Positions 38,636 through 53,146 are shown, counted from the stretch's first letter. The stretch: DNA of 64,000 nt from Eledone cirrhosa (GCA_964016885.1 OZ024740.1:181474001-181538000), one strand, 5' to 3'. The notes: a model not told the origin generated them from the letters alone. Numbers and translations are program-made.

Positions 38636-40407
38636 ATATATATATATACATATATGAGTGTATGTTTTCAAGTATATATATATATGTGTGTGTGTGTTTG
38701 TGTGTTTCTGTTGCATGCGTTCGAGTAGGTGAATATATGTATGTACACAAATAACTATCATAAATGATTTCAACAGAAGTAGTTTATTTTTCCCCGGGAA
38801 ATTATTTCCTTATTATTTCACCATCAAAGGAATTATACAAGGCATATACAATTAAGATATCAATGTAATAAACTGAAATTTGTTTCTACTTAATGTAATG
38901 TTTAACTTATTTTAATTCCGTTTTCCTTACGTTCGTTAACGCCATACTGCTATAAATATCTCTCTATATATATACAGGGTGTCTCAAAAATAGATATACA
39001 CACTTCAACAGCAATCTAATAAATATTCCCTGTACATGTAATAAAAATCTTTATACATTTTGAAATACTCATCTGAAATTCTCATTCTGAAATACTCATC
39101 TGTCATATATATACACAAATATAATGTAGAAAAGGCTTCTATAGGACTAGAACTGTTTTATTCTGGAGAAATCATCTGGAAGCTATTACTTACTGTGGTT
39201 ACCCCCGATTGAAACCGGGATAAACTTATATATATATGCGTGTGTGTGTGAGTGCATATATATATTTTTTTTTTCACCAACCTCCACACACAAACATTTA
39301 GCTTTTAAAATTATAGCTAATCCGGTGAACAATTTATTTCACAGGGATTTACTTGGAGATAATTTGTCTCATTTTTCACGAACTTCTATCGTCTATTAAG
39401 CTAATTATATTTATGCATTTATTTATTTATTTCGTTTTATGTTTCATATCATGAACACATCCTCTTTAATTTCGGGTTTGTCTTTGGTAATATTATTTCT
39501 TTTCAAATATGATAAAGAAGCCAGAAGAAAGGAAAAATGAATATATTTTTAAAATGTGGATTCATGCTTATTACTTTATTTTCAAAAATGATATCAGTAT
39601 ACAGTAAAACATTATATATAAGTATATCACAAATTTCTTTCTGTCATTGTTTTGTATTAAGCTTTCTTCTTCTGTGTCATATTTACTATTAAACAGATCA
39701 GAAATATTTAACTGTTCATCTATAGTTATTTCATATAACTTTATTGATATTTTACCTTTTTTCAATATGTATTTATCCACTTTTCGTTCATAATTATTTT
39801 CTTTATCATTTTGGAAGTTATTGAATAAACAAATAAATAAATAAATAGATGCTTCATTGATTTGTTTCTCCTCATTGAGACGGGTTCGAAAATTGTGTAG
39901 TAAAAGTAAAATCTCTCAAATCTTCCACTATATCTAAGTATTAAAGCCTGTGAGTATACTACAGATATATACATAGATTGATATATATATATATGTGTGT
40001 GTGTCTCTATGTATGTGTGTGTGTATGTGTGTGTATGTGGGATGTGTGTGTGATGTGTCTGTGATGTGTGTCTGTATATATATATATATATGTATGTATA
40101 TATATATATATATATACATATCTATCTATCTATGTAAGATTACTTACCCACAGTCAGTCAAATTGGTGTCGGCATTAATTTAGAATGTTTTCCATTATGA
40201 AGTGATTATTAAGCTGCTGAAAACATCGTATATAAAAAATCGCGCTGATATCTTTACCAAGTATCTTTAGAAAAGGTTTTATTGATAGATTGACTTGCTG
40301 GATATCGATCATTTTTCATGGCAATCGTTTTACTGGCAATCGTTTTACTTATAAATGAACTGTATATGTATACACACACACACTCACCCCCCCCCCACCC
40401 ACACACC

Positions 40408-40468
<61 letters not shown>

Positions 40469-41504
40469 GTGGGGGGGGGAGGGCGAAAGAGAGGGAGAGA
40501 GATGAAATAGCTTAATATCTTAAATGTTATCTGAACATAAAGCTTCGATTTTAAAGTTGATACCTTGAAATCTATGATTTTTCTATTCATTTCTCAGGGA
40601 TATAATTGTTTATCTTAATGGTTCAGTTTGATATGCATAAAGATTTCTCAATATGTGGAAATGTCAATTATATTTATAGTTATATAGGCAATAGCTATTC
40701 TCTGGATTTATATTTGTTTCTTATTATCCATCTACATTCATAATTTCCTCATTTTATTCCTCTCTCATTTAAATAAAAAATGTTCTTTATGCGATGAATG
40801 TATAGACAGGGGAACCTATATATATATATGTGTGTGTGTGTGTGTACGCAAATATATATATGCATATGTATATATGCATATATATATATATATATATGCA
40901 TCTATATATATGCACATATATACATATATGTATGTATGTGTGTGTGTTCGCTTGTCTGTGTATATATATATATGCATCTATATATATGCATATATATATA
41001 TATATGTATGTATGCATATGTATATAAAATCAGATGTGCTGCTGTTAATATTTTGGATTAACACATTTCCTAAAATCTGATTGTATTCCTGTTACTCTAT
41101 CAGTGAGAAGACCTCTTTTATGTGAATTAACATTTTTTATATGTTTAATCCATTTGATTCCTACGTATTGTGATATTTGATATTAAAATCCCAACGTTTA
41201 TTGCAGAACGTTCAATTACTGAACTCAGACATATTGGAATATGCGTGTTCCTGCAAAATAAAACTAAAATCTAATGTTTTTAGTATTTTATGCAATGATT
41301 TGTTGATAAATTCCAATTTTACACTGTGGTGTAGAAATTATTAGTCAGATTTCACCGTCAGTGTTTTCAGACCAAAATTGCAGTAGGTCTCTGAGGGCAT
41401 TAACATTGTCAATACTATGATTAACTCTATCCCCTAATCTTAGCTGGGCGATGAATCTCCGCCAGAACAATTGCTGAAAAACTACAGTTATTTAGGGAAT
41501 AAGT

Positions 41505-41900
41505 ATTTGGTTATGAAAATTGTTCAGCAATGTGGATGCCAAAATGGTTGAATGCTGATGAGAAGGAAATTGTGTGGACACATCAAAAGTTACATATTTT
41601 AGCATGTCATTTGTTCCGAAACAATGCTAGACTAATATTGCTAAAAATAGCAATCACTGATGACGTGGAATGTAAGTTATTTATAACTAAAGAAATTCAA
41701 GACCCAAACATCAATTGGACACATCATCTTCACTGGGTCTATGAAAGGAGAAACAATGAATGCAGAACAATATTCTAATATGCTGTACCGATTAAAGAAG
41801 GTGGCGCTGAAAGACAAACGCGAGGAAATCTGCGTAAAGATGTACTCGTTTAGCAGTGTAATACACCTGATCAAAGGGCAAGCAAGAAACTTTCCGGTCA
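41505..41900 (+). pseudogene. Decayed mariner-type transposase fragment
   Basis: SAMWMPKWL (WVPxxL-like), IAITDD (ITGDE-like) and KGETMNAEQYSNMLYRLKK..KDKR. Confidence 0.6.
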
Positions 41901-42613
41901 CACACCATCTTCCCCGTTGTAACATGTCTTCGTTTATTTCATGAACAACGTGTATATTGTGATTTGCGGGATTTGAACATGTCAAGGCAAACTTTTAATT
42001 AATTTACCTACAATAAGATACATGTTTGGCTTTTAATTTGCACTCCATGTTAGGTCAAATGTTATTTTTACAATTCACGCAATGACAGAAAACAATTATG
42101 AAAACATTACAGGATTGTCAGAGCTGAAGATGGTTGATTCTATTTATTTTTGCTATAAAGCATCCTAAATTCAAATGGAATTATAAAGAAAGTCGAAGTA
42201 TTTCGAATATTTTGGCAATAGCAATGATGGGGTTTGTGTTGGGCTCTGACAACACTCAATTCCAACAGAACTACATTAAAAAAAATGAACTAGAAAATAT
42301 GTCTCAATGTGGTTACTCGATTAGCTTGATGTACCTTTTGAAAGTTTCGAAAGACATATGCTATAACCATTGAAGTAGTGTCCGTATTTTACACTGTAAA
42401 ATAAGACTAAGACGGATTGGATCACAGCTGAGTGCATTTAATTGCTGTAATGTCAACTTGGTCAGGGCTGACCTAGAGCTAAACAACATCAAGAAGAATT
42501 TGAAAGCATAGTCAGTACGTATTTGTATTATGGAATTGTACTTGCCGTTCAACTGTTTTATAATATACTAGGTTACGTTCACTTCAAAATATTATTTTTT
42601 AATCATGTCCACT

Positions 42614-44190
42614 TAAAAATAATTTTTAAATAATTAATATATACACACACATGTATATAATCCGAAATGAAACTGGAAGCCCCATATATATATGTGTGTA
42701 TATATATATAGAAATGTGTGTGTTTGTATACTAAATGTGTTATATATATATATATATGTGTGTGTGAATGTGTGTGAGTGTGTGTGAGTGTGTGTGTATG
42801 TATATATATGGGGTATATCTGATCTATATACACTATTCATAGACACAGACACATATATATACACACAGCAACACCATCAGCTCTCTCTCTCTCTTCCATT
42901 CTCCTTCACTGTCTCTTCTCCCTCTCCCTGTGTCTCTCTCTCTCTCTCTCTCTCTCTGTTTATGAAGGTACCCGGAAACACCCCTTATCTCGGGAACCTG
43001 TACTCCAATTTATGTGAAACGTATTCCATTTGTATTCCCATTTCCGGGTCAACTTCCTTTCAAAGTATTTTCCCATTATGTGCCCTTTTGGCTATATTAC
43101 ATTACAGACAAGGAAGCAAGGAAGTAATCATAGAATTGTTATAATATACCACCCGTATATATAAAAATAATTTTTAAACAATTAAAATATACACACATGT
43201 ATAAACTCTGAAATGAAACTTAAGACCCATATACATACGTGCGTGTATGTATATATATATAGATATGTTTGTGTATAGATGGTGGCTGCACACTCTGCTA
43301 AGAATATTGCAATCACTTATCAGATTAGAGAAAATTGTGCACTTTTAGGCTACGGGCAGCCACACGCACTTGTAACATAACCTGAACAAGCAATGATTTG
43401 AAGGTATTTTTAAGTGGGGAAACGCCTTGCACTTAGACAATCCCACTCTCTGAGCATCGGAAATACTACCCAAAAAGGAGAACTGGTGAACATCATCGGA
43501 TGCTTCCGAAGCCTCAAGTTTGTTTTTCATAATTTCCCTCTCCTAGAAAGGTTTTGTGAAAACAACTAGGGGTCCTTCACACCCAGGTGAAAAGAAAATA
43601 GTATTTGGATGGCCGTTGACTCTGCTGAGTCCATCCGTCCTTTGCCGGGTCTTGTATTTCATCCCGCAGGGTGTCCAAATATCACCCTCACCACCAAGCA
43701 AGCTTGGTGGGGTTATCGGTTTAGTCACTAACGACCCGACCATGAGACAGGTTGTACTGGGTTACATGTGTGTGTGTATATATATATGTGGGTGTCTGTG
43801 ATCTATATACACTGGTCATAGACACACACACACACATATACACACACATATGCACACACATATATATACTCACACACTCACATATATATACACAACAACA
43901 CCACCAGCTCTCTCTCTCTCTCTCTTTCATTTTCCATCTGTCGCTTCTCCCTTTCTCTATGTATTTCTTTCAATATACTCTCACTACCTTTCTCTCATTT
44001 ATGAAGGTACCTGGAAAAAACCCATATCTCGGAAACCCGTACGCCGATTTACGCGAAACTTGTTTTATTCCACTTGTATTCCCATTTTAGGGTCAACTTC
44101 GTTTCAAAGTATTTTCCAATTATTTACCGTTTTTGCTGTATTATATTACAGACAAACAAACAAGCAAGCAATTACAGAGTTTTTTTAGTA
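42614..44190 (+). repeat. Two diverged ~550-bp tandem units, the second interrupted by an insertion (~43280-43760)
   Basis: 42614-42700 resembles 43160-43250, and 42820-43140 resembles 43795-44185 (tgatctatatacact...caacacca.cagctctctc...ttatgaaggtacc.ggaaa...gggtcaacttc.tttcaaagtattttcc). Confidence 0.7.
43280..43760 (-). mobile_element. Probable 5' UTR fragment of an RTE-clade LINE
   Basis: Minus strand ccaccaagcttgcttggtggtgaggg near the start and ctaggagagggaaa...aaac later resemble RTE 5' UTR motifs (recalled, not searched). Confidence 0.45.
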
Positions 44191-44759
44191 TATAGATAGA
44201 TATTTTGGTATGGTGTTTGCTGTTTCTACATTAAACATGTTCAATGCCTTCATGCAGACCTAAATAAATGTCTTATTTTTAGTCTGGTTCATGCAGGCCT
44301 AAATGCATGAACCAGACTAAAAATAAGACAACCACTGTTGAATTTTCCATTGTAAATATCATAGAATTTAAGGGCATCTGAACTATCTATCATCACAAAC
44401 AGAATATAGTGAATGAACAACATTGAAAGGAGCCACGTGTAGCTCAGTCAATAGCATTCTCCAGCAAAATGCCTAACCTGCTTTGATGTTGAAAACAAAT
44501 CTGTATCGCGAAAAACACTATAAGTTGGAGTCTTGAATTTCATACTTTATATAATCAAGATCTTCTGAGGCAAGACACACCTCTATCTTTGAAAATTGAA
44601 TCTGTGCTCTAAAACATAAAAGAGCATATCTAACAATATGATTAAATAAGTAAATATTTGTTTACTCTGTTGAAATGTTTCTATTGATTAAATATTCGCA
44701 ACATATTTTCCTATGATTTCCCTTCGATTAGCTAATTGCCACATATTATTTAATCAAGC

Positions 44760-44860
44760 AGTTGACTTTGCCTTTCATCCTTACGGGGTCGATGAAATAA
44801 AGTACCAGTAATACACTGGTTAATTGCTAGCCTTGTGCCTATAGTAGAAACAATTATTTA
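44760..44860 (+). mobile_element. SINE 3' half (same family as 2822-3017)
   Basis: gactttgcctttcatccttacggggtcgatgaaataaagtaccagtaatacactgg. Confidence 0.78.
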
Positions 44861-46149
44861 ATCAAGCAGAATTGAGTGCGGTATCGTTACACAGGAACAA
44901 CAGTATAATTAGCAGCAACGAATGAAAAAGTTAGGCACCTTCTGCTTGTTCGAAAGAAATAGCGGACAAACAACCCAAAACGTCATTATAATATCTTAAA
45001 AAGAAAGGCATTTTGGATAGTGTTGTCCTGGAATATACATGAACGCAATGTTTTTATTTTATCATATGTCTGCTTTACAGAAGCCAGCTACAGCACTACT
45101 AATGACAATAATGCCAACGAGGTATGTTTTTTCGCTGTTTTTTTGGCTAAATCTGTCACATTTTCTTATAACCTCATTCTATCAACTAAAAAAAGGGATT
45201 CATTCGATACTGGTGCGTAGGATACACATAGCTGGAATATATTTGATCATAGATCTATTCAATCATAGCAGCCCCGTGGCTAAATAACAATATCTCAAAT
45301 TACGACGACTATGGTAAAAGCAATAACGGCAAGGAACTATAATTGAGGAAAGACTAATATGTAAAATAGTTCTTAGCTTACCTTATTATGCTTTCATTCC
45401 AGTGGCTGTTTGTACCAATTATAATATTTCATATGCGTTTAGTCAATACATCCTTCTTTACACAAACATAATTTACCAATTTTATTTCTTACTTTCACTT
45501 TTATTTGTAAGTTTTTATCTGAATGATGCAAGAAGACAAAAACAGAAGAACTTTAGAAAGAAAACATAGAAAGTAAAACAATTTTCAATCTTTGTGAAAC
45601 ACTTCATTTTCATCTCTTATAAATAATAACGAAGATCAATAAGACAAAGAGAAAGCACTAAAACGCAACGAATGATTTTTTTTTCGACAGGAAAAATGTA
45701 TTAAAAAGAAACAGTGAATTAAATAAAATACAACAAAACAGAAAAAAACACTGCAAAAGGAAAATGTTTATATAACATGTATTGCTCATGCAAAGTGACA
45801 GCTGTACCTAATTATGAAAAGTTATCATAAATATTTACATATTATAGTTAAACTATTTTTCATAATGCTTATGCTAATGTATTTACTTTTATACTTCTAA
45901 ATTCATTTGTTTTGAAGGGAGACATATTGTTTGCTTTTTCCCATGTATTTATTTTCCATTGCTTTATATCTGTTTATTTGCTTGTTTCATCTGTTTATTT
46001 TGTAAATATACTTAACATATTTCATAGTTAATTAACCAGATAATAAAAACAAAGCCGGAGGCTAAATATTGATGTAGATGTATTTGTGAATATGTAGCGC
46101 TCCGTGCTACACTCAGACATCTCTCCTTGCTGACCTCGATAATTGTATC

Positions 46150-47340
46150 CGAGCAGCAGCCGAGGAGATATGCAACGTCAAATTTAACGACATAGGGTGG
46201 CAACAAGCCACTTTACCTGTCAGGTATGGCGGCCTTGGCCTCCGGTCCCTGATCTCACTAGCTTTGCCGGCGTATCTTTCGTCGTTAACCTCGTGCCGCG
46301 TCCTCGTCAGCAGGGTTCTTCAAAGCACAACAGAACCCTCTGTGTTCAGAGACGTGAAGCCGCCTGTGAGACGTGAGACCAGCTGGGACTTAGCCCAGTA
46401 GACGTCTCTCCTCCTTCTTCCCCTGTTGACGTCAAGTGCCCCCAACGCAATTGGAATGCCATCCAGTGCAGCCTGGCCTCAGACAGGCTCACGCACCAGC
46501 TCGACTAGCACCGCCTTGCTTGTTTTCGTGCGGCCTCCAAACCCCACAGTGGTGCCTGGCCCCATGCCCTTCCCCCCTCCTCCACTGGCACGCAGCTACA
46601 CAACCATAGCCTGCGCATCGGCGTTTCCCTGAAGCGCCGCCTCCGGATCTGCCAGACACACCAATGTCGCTGCGGTTCCACCGTGGACACTTTCGGCCTC
46701 CACCCGCTTTCCTGTCGCCACAGTGCCGGCCGCATTCGACGCCATGCTGCACTCAACGAGTTCATTAAGCATGGCTTGGACGCTGCAGGTTTCCCTTCCC
46801 AGCTCGAGCTAGTGGGGCTGGATCGAGGGGACGGCAAAAGGCCAGATGGCATGACCATCTTCCCGTACCGCGTCTGGGATGCCACTTGCACCGAGACATT
46901 CTCCAGCCGCAACCTGGTGCAGTCTGCGACTGACCCAAGTTCTGCTGCACGTCGGGCTGAGGAGGTCAAATTCCTCAAATACCGGTCGCTCTCCGATAGG
47001 TTTTCGGTCGTACCCCTGGCAATGGAGACTTCTGATGTCCTCGTCCCTAGGGCTACCTCCTTACTCACCACCATAGGCGCTGCACTGGCCAGCCGCAGGT
47101 GTGAGCCCCGCGAGTTGGAGTGGCTTTTTCAGCGTGTCTCCCTTGCCGTCCTCCAGGGAAACGCCTTCTCCACCATGTCCGCCGGGGCTGTGGGTGGTCC
47201 CCATCGTGTACCGTTGTAGTTGTTGTAGAAGAAACAGGAAGACAACAGTTATATTTAGTGTATAATATGTCCAGGTTGTTGGTCCAATGGCTAACAATAC
47301 ACCTCAGTTGTTTTGTGATTATAGCCCAACTATTGACCTA
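46150..47340 (+). mobile_element. 3' portion of a CRE-like non-LTR retrotransposon (Zn-knuckle plus PD-(D/E)xK RLE endonuclease; ORF 46683-47219)
   Basis: GC-rich island; CRCGSTVDTFGLHPLSC, RHAALN, RPDG, WDATC, KY..L, PLAMET and QRVSLAV..GNA. Confidence 0.82.
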
Positions 47341-48923
47341 AAATATACAACCACACCACTACAAATATAACTAGCTTAAAATATATAAAGTAAAATTTAG
47401 ACAAAGAAAAATACCTAGTATACTGAAAATGGATAATGAATGAATGAAATACCAATATGAAATGTCTAACATGGTATGTGGGGCAATAATCAGAACGAGA
47501 AGATTAAACTTAGAGAAGTTTGATAGTGTTATGTGTTATAAAACAGTCTTCAAGTTGCGCACCTTTTCAATCTTTTCTTATTCATTTCCTTTTTGCTTCG
47601 CTAAAAGTTGTTAATGTTTCTTCGGTGACAACGTTATCGCATTTGCGAACCATTTTGTTTTGTTTTGATTTTTTTTTTTTTTTTTTGTAATGGGCACTAT
47701 TGTGACATGCTCCATCTTTCGCTACTAGAGTTATGTTTTAGTCCGCAAAATCAAGAGCAGGTTATCATTTCTGAGAATGGAGCCCCATGAAAGAAAAAGG
47801 CATAGTGGGTATTGCTTGCATTTCAATTCGGCAACGCTTTCGCAAACTTGCTCGCAGGGCACAGCTGGGATATACTCCACAGATAAAAGTATCTCTTCTT
47901 AAAATTGATGACCCCCTTTTTTGGTGCGTCTTTATTTCATCACCAAACATGAGAACTTTTACCACGTATGTATAGCATATTGCTATTTGCAACGCATGCC
48001 AATTAAAATGGTCTTTTCAGCTAAGTACTTCGTTATGTTTGTTATAAATAGCTATTTATTTTTGAACGTATTGTATTCTGGTAAACAGCCAATAAGCTGC
48101 AATGCCAATACCAATATTTTTCTCTGTGTATGAAGAAAATAATAATATTTTTACGCGTGTTTCATAGCAATGATTATAATTTTAAAAGAGTAGTTATAAC
48201 TAAATTAAATTTATATGTGATATACTCTGAATAGTCCAGAAATATTTATTATTAGTTTAATCGTGTCTTGTAGAAATAAAGAAAAAAATATATAAATGAC
48301 TGATTTAGGGATTGATCTCACGCCATCCAGTTTAACTACAATGCTTAACACCTGGAAGTTAATTAACGCTTATATTATACTGAATTTACGCATAATATGT
48401 CAAGTGGTAAGTGTTGTAGATTTCTAAGTGAATATAAATTCAACTCAAGTGTCAATAAATACTCCGGTTCACGTGGAACGAGCAAGCTGCTTCACATGTT
48501 GAAGAATAACTAACAAGAAAATCTATAGTATAGAAAACGAAATGAGAACTATTAATACACGGGTCTGTTCAAAATTCCGAGAAAGGGGGCTAATACTTCT
48601 AGTTATTAAGTTAACATCTGCGCGTGTGTGCATGCGTGCTTGTCTGTCCTCGAATACATCCACAAAGACACTCACGCACACAAGCACACATCATTTATAT
48701 ATATATATATAACATTTCTATAGACTTTTGACTGAGGAATGTTCTCACAACTGACCAATGGGAGGAGAGAGTGTCCTATGATGCCGAAATTCGTTTGTTC
48801 GAGTTCATATGATTCCAGTTCCTCAGAGAAATAACAACCCAAACAGGAGCTGGACATATCGGAGTATTGACGGAGTAAAACACTTTAACAACATGTGTAC
48901 CTGTCTCTACCACACCAATTCGA

Positions 48924-48978
48924 ACTGCCTGAAGAGGTCACAGCCAATGATGGCTGTCATCGAAGTATATATAGCATT
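48924..48978 (+). ncRNA. Type I hammerhead ribozyme (PLE4 5' pLTR; GAAA mutated to GAAG)
   Basis: actgc CTGAAGA ggtc acagcca atga tggctgt catc GAAG tatata TA gcatt. Confidence 0.72.
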
Positions 48979-49185
48979 ACATCTTTAATAAACGAAGCCA
49001 AATCTTGAATATTTGACTTAATTACTTTATTTTACATTACTCCTGAGTAACCAAACCAACCTGCGTATTTCGTCGAGTGCTCCAATCTGCATAGTGAAGT
49101 GTCGGTAAACAACCAACATATACTCAAAATTTATCTAGCTCCACCACGTCTTGAGCGCTTCAAACAGTAGCAGACTTAAGTCACT

Positions 49186-51713
49186 ATGGAAAAACTGGCA
49201 ATCTTGGCGTCACTGAAGGATATCCCCTTACCTGGCAAACGAGAATGCACCAGTGAGCTCATCAGAAGTACGGATTCCCTTGCCCGTAGGATGAGATGGA
49301 GGGCGTTCCACATTGAAAGAGGAACGCCTAAAATTACCAACACCCAAAACATGGAGTACCTTTTTAGATCAAGGAGGAACCCTCCCCACAACAGACTAAT
49401 GGAGGAGTTCGAAAACGAGATGATCAACATTATCTCCAACCTCAAATTCTCCGGAAACCCACCCAGAAGTCAGAAGTACTTTAGACACCTGGGAAACGGG
49501 ATTACAAAACTTAAAGAGACAACTGGAATACTTGTCCATACCGATAAAACCAACAACCTCTACAACATGGACATTGAACTGTATAATAAGTTAATTCTCA
49601 GGGAAATGAGGAAATGCTACAAAAAAACACCTGGAGTTACCCATGTGAGATCAACGCTACAGCTTACAGGATTATATCCGGACTCGGCATAGAGGATAGG
49701 ACGGCCCCAAACCAACCAGGGAAGAAGCGGATTACCCTCAAGGACCACAAGCCAAACTTTGAGTCCGACCTCCCGGTTAGACTAATAGCCCCCTCCAGAT
49801 CATACCTAGGGATCGTCAGTAAAAACATACTGGATAGGATTTTGCCCAAGCTTCGGAAAAAACTAGATTACCGTAATGGTGATGCACGGGAGAGGTAATA
49901 CAATGGTTTAAGATACTACCCGAGAAAAGTAGGACCAGCTTTATCCAACTGGATATTGCAGGGTACTACTCCTAAAGCTCGCCTATAGAACTCAATAAGG
50001 CCCTTATTTTAGCGATGTCCAATACGGACCTAACACGCGAGGAGGTTGGCATCATCCACGCCGCCCGAAAGACCCTGATCAGTTTCGGTGGAGACCTTTG
50101 GACCAGAAGTGATTGGTCAAACAACTTTGACATCATGATGGGCTCCAGCGACTCCGCACAGGTAACGGACCTCGTCGGGCTATTCTTACTGAAGCAGATA
50201 AAAGATGAAATCCCCTGCCTGGTGGCGAATTGTATCGTGACGATGCACTATTCACAATCTACGACCACAGCACTACTATGGTGTAGAGAATGAAGATGCG
50301 TATTCGGCATTTCTTTAAGAACCATGGGCTCAATATCGAACTAGACCCAAATAGAAAGGTAGTTAAATTCCTAGACACCACCCTAAACCTGAACACCGGG
50401 CAATACTACCCCTATCACAAGCCCAACGAGAAACTGGTATATGTTAACGCCAAGTCAAACCACCCTAGAACCATTAAGGCCGTAGTGAAGAGTGTCTCGG
50501 ACAGGATCTCCAGCCTGTCCGCAAATAAGGAGATCTTCGATAGCAACACAGAATATTACAACGCAGCTCTAAATAAAGCGGCGCATGGCGAAATTATATC
50601 ATATAATCCGAGGCGCCATGACGGGCATAGCCCAACGGATACCCCGACCCACGGGATCTGGGAGGGAGGAACCTTAACAACATAAGTAGAGTAAAAGCAA
50701 CTAAACACCATGAACCCGACACCACCACATTGGCGAGGGGCACGCGTACACATAACCATGGGAGGAAACCCGGTACGAGTAGCGGTCTCAGTGGTGATAT
50801 CAACCACCCCGTGGCCGACGCCCCAAACCGCAAGACACGAAGCGGGACCGATGGAAGACCATGCCACCGAAGAAATCCCATCATGGGTAACAATCACCCC
50901 AGAGATACGGGCCAAGAAGTTAGCAAAACACATAGCGCCAACTCCCCAACAACCCACGACAAGCTCAACCCACCCACATAGGAGTAGATACAGATAAATC
51001 ACGTGGTACAACCCACCATACTAAGCGGCCCTAAAGAACAGCATGGACCATAGATACTGCAAGGTCTTCAACAGACACACTGTAAAGCTCTCATATTCTA
51101 CCACGTGAAATGTGGCCCAGCACACAGCTAGCATTAATAGAGGTAGACTTAAAAACCACACATAACGGGAATCTGGCAATATAGGCACCTGGCAGAACCA
51201 TGTGGAGGGAAAGAAGGGTGGACCCAGTAACCCAAACAGACCCAGGGACACCCCACCAGGCCCAGGGGAGGACCACCATTAGGCACACAGAGGTTGACCA
51301 CCTCCTGCAACTGCAGAAACCCGGCATTATGCCCCCTTAGTAATGAATCCCTAAGGAAGAACTTAATATACGGATGTAGAGTAAAATCCCCCAACTCTGA
51401 ACACTTTTACATAGGAGCCACATCAACGAGCTTTAAGGACCGATGGTTTAACCATCGCCATTCCTTTAACAGGGAGGACAAAAGGAAAAGTGCGGCTCTT
51501 TCCGAACTGATATGGAAGCTCAAGCTGGGCAGGACCCCGTACTCTCTTGCCTGGTCCAAAATCAGGAAAGTACCACCTGATAAAGGGGGATCTGGCATCT
51601 GGAAACGATTTCTGAGCGAGATGCTCGAGATACTCAGCGGTGGAAGCAGCCTGATAAACCTCAAGACTGACTTCTTCGGGACATGTAGACACCTCAGGCT
51701 ATATGGACAATAA
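49186..51713 (+). pseudogene. PLE4 RT + GIY-YIG ORF (many frameshifts and stops)
   Basis: SLKDIPLP, RMRWRA, TDKTNNLY, LKDHKPNF, RLIAPS, FIQLDI, MGSSDSAQVTDLVG, LYRDD, KFLDTTL, WYNPP, CNCRNPALCPL and LIY..C....FYIGAT. Confidence 0.9.
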
Positions 51714-52926
51714 CAACACACTGGGAGGGGAACTTCCCTCAATCTATAGGGACAGTAGCCCCGCCACACCCAGTCCACGGTAAACCACCCCCTACACTTT
51801 CACCAACTCTACCCCTGCCTCGATCGACTCCTGTGGCAGCACAGACTTATGCATATGTCCATACATAGATCCTGTTATTTAAGATTGTACATGCACTGAT
51901 AAATACATATGTGTGTGTATGTGTGTGCGTGTGTGTATGTGTGTGTGTATGTGCGTGTGTGTGCGAGTATATATACACATATATATATATGGTTGTGTGT
52001 GTGTTTGTATAATCTGTGTGTGTGTGTGAATATGGGATGCACCTGGGCCCGAGTGGGTGCGTGTGGGCTTGCCACGATGTGTGTTGACATACACGCATAT
52101 ATACTCTATGCCGAATTAAAAACTGTAGTCCTCTGCATTTCCGGATTTTGACACTCAGGTTATGGTGTTTTACACTCCACTGCCTCATTTGCTCTTAAAA
52201 CGCACCACCCCATGATAGTGTAAAGATCGTAATCCTTTGCATTTCCCGATTCTGACACAGCCTTTATATTTCAATCAATATTTTCCAAATCTTTCAAACT
52301 TTAAGATTGTCTATAACACACACGCTCTTTATCCTTCTTTGCTATTTGATATTGGCTATAACAAACACGCATTTTATTCTATTTTATTCATTTATTTATT
52401 TATTTTTTTACTTCTTCATTTTATTCTATCGTATCTTATTATTTTATTATTTATTTTATCTTATTTTTTTATATTTTATTTTTCATTTTACCTTTTCTGA
52501 TTCCATTATCTGTTTGGACCCCCCCCCCCACCACCACCACGTGAAAGGCTGGTAGGGTTGATGCCAACCCACACAATCTCATTCTTCTAAAGACAGCAGC
52601 AGTAGAACTAAGGCTGACCTGCCACCTGACCGCCTAACACCAATAAACACAAGGGAGGAGGTCAACTGTACTTAACAAAAACAACCACAACAGATTGTCT
52701 TTCCTCAGAAAAAAATTCCTATACACTTTTGAGTGAGGAATGTTCTCACAACTGACCAATGGGAGGAGAGAAAGTGTCCAATGATGCCGACATTCGTTTG
52801 TTCGAATTCATATGATTTGAGTTCCTCAGCGAAATAACAACCCAACCAGGAACTGGACATATCGGAGTATTGACGGAGTAAAACACTTTAGCAACATGTG
52901 TACCTGTCTCTACCACACCAATTCGA

Positions 52927-52981
52927 ACTGCCTGAAGAGGTCACAGCAAATGATGGCTGTCACCGAAATATATATAGCAGT
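52927..52981 (+). ncRNA. Type I hammerhead ribozyme (PLE4 3' pLTR)
   Basis: actgc CTGAAGA ggtc acagc aaatgatg gctgt cacc GAAA tatata TA gcagt. Confidence 0.86.
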
Positions 52982-53071
52982 ACATATTTAATAAACGAAG
53001 CCAAATCTTAAATATTTGACTTAATTACTTTATTTTATATATATATTTATATATAAATATATATATATATA

Positions 53072-53146
<75 letters not shown>

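Larger units (their letters stand above)
48718..53037 (+). mobile_element. Penelope-like element 4 (Hydra-clade-like), full length, with direct pLTRs 48718-49037 and 52720-53037
   Basis: ~320-bp direct repeats, each with an HHR; complete but frameshifted ORF; TA-repeat flanks. Confidence 0.92.

Noticed and set aside
47765-47992. KVLMFGDEIK, similar to a Tc1 DDE first motif; lone TIR-like starts at ~38973 (tacagggtgtctcaaaa) and ~48557
   Set aside because: Too degenerate; no partner TIR or further catalytic motifs found.
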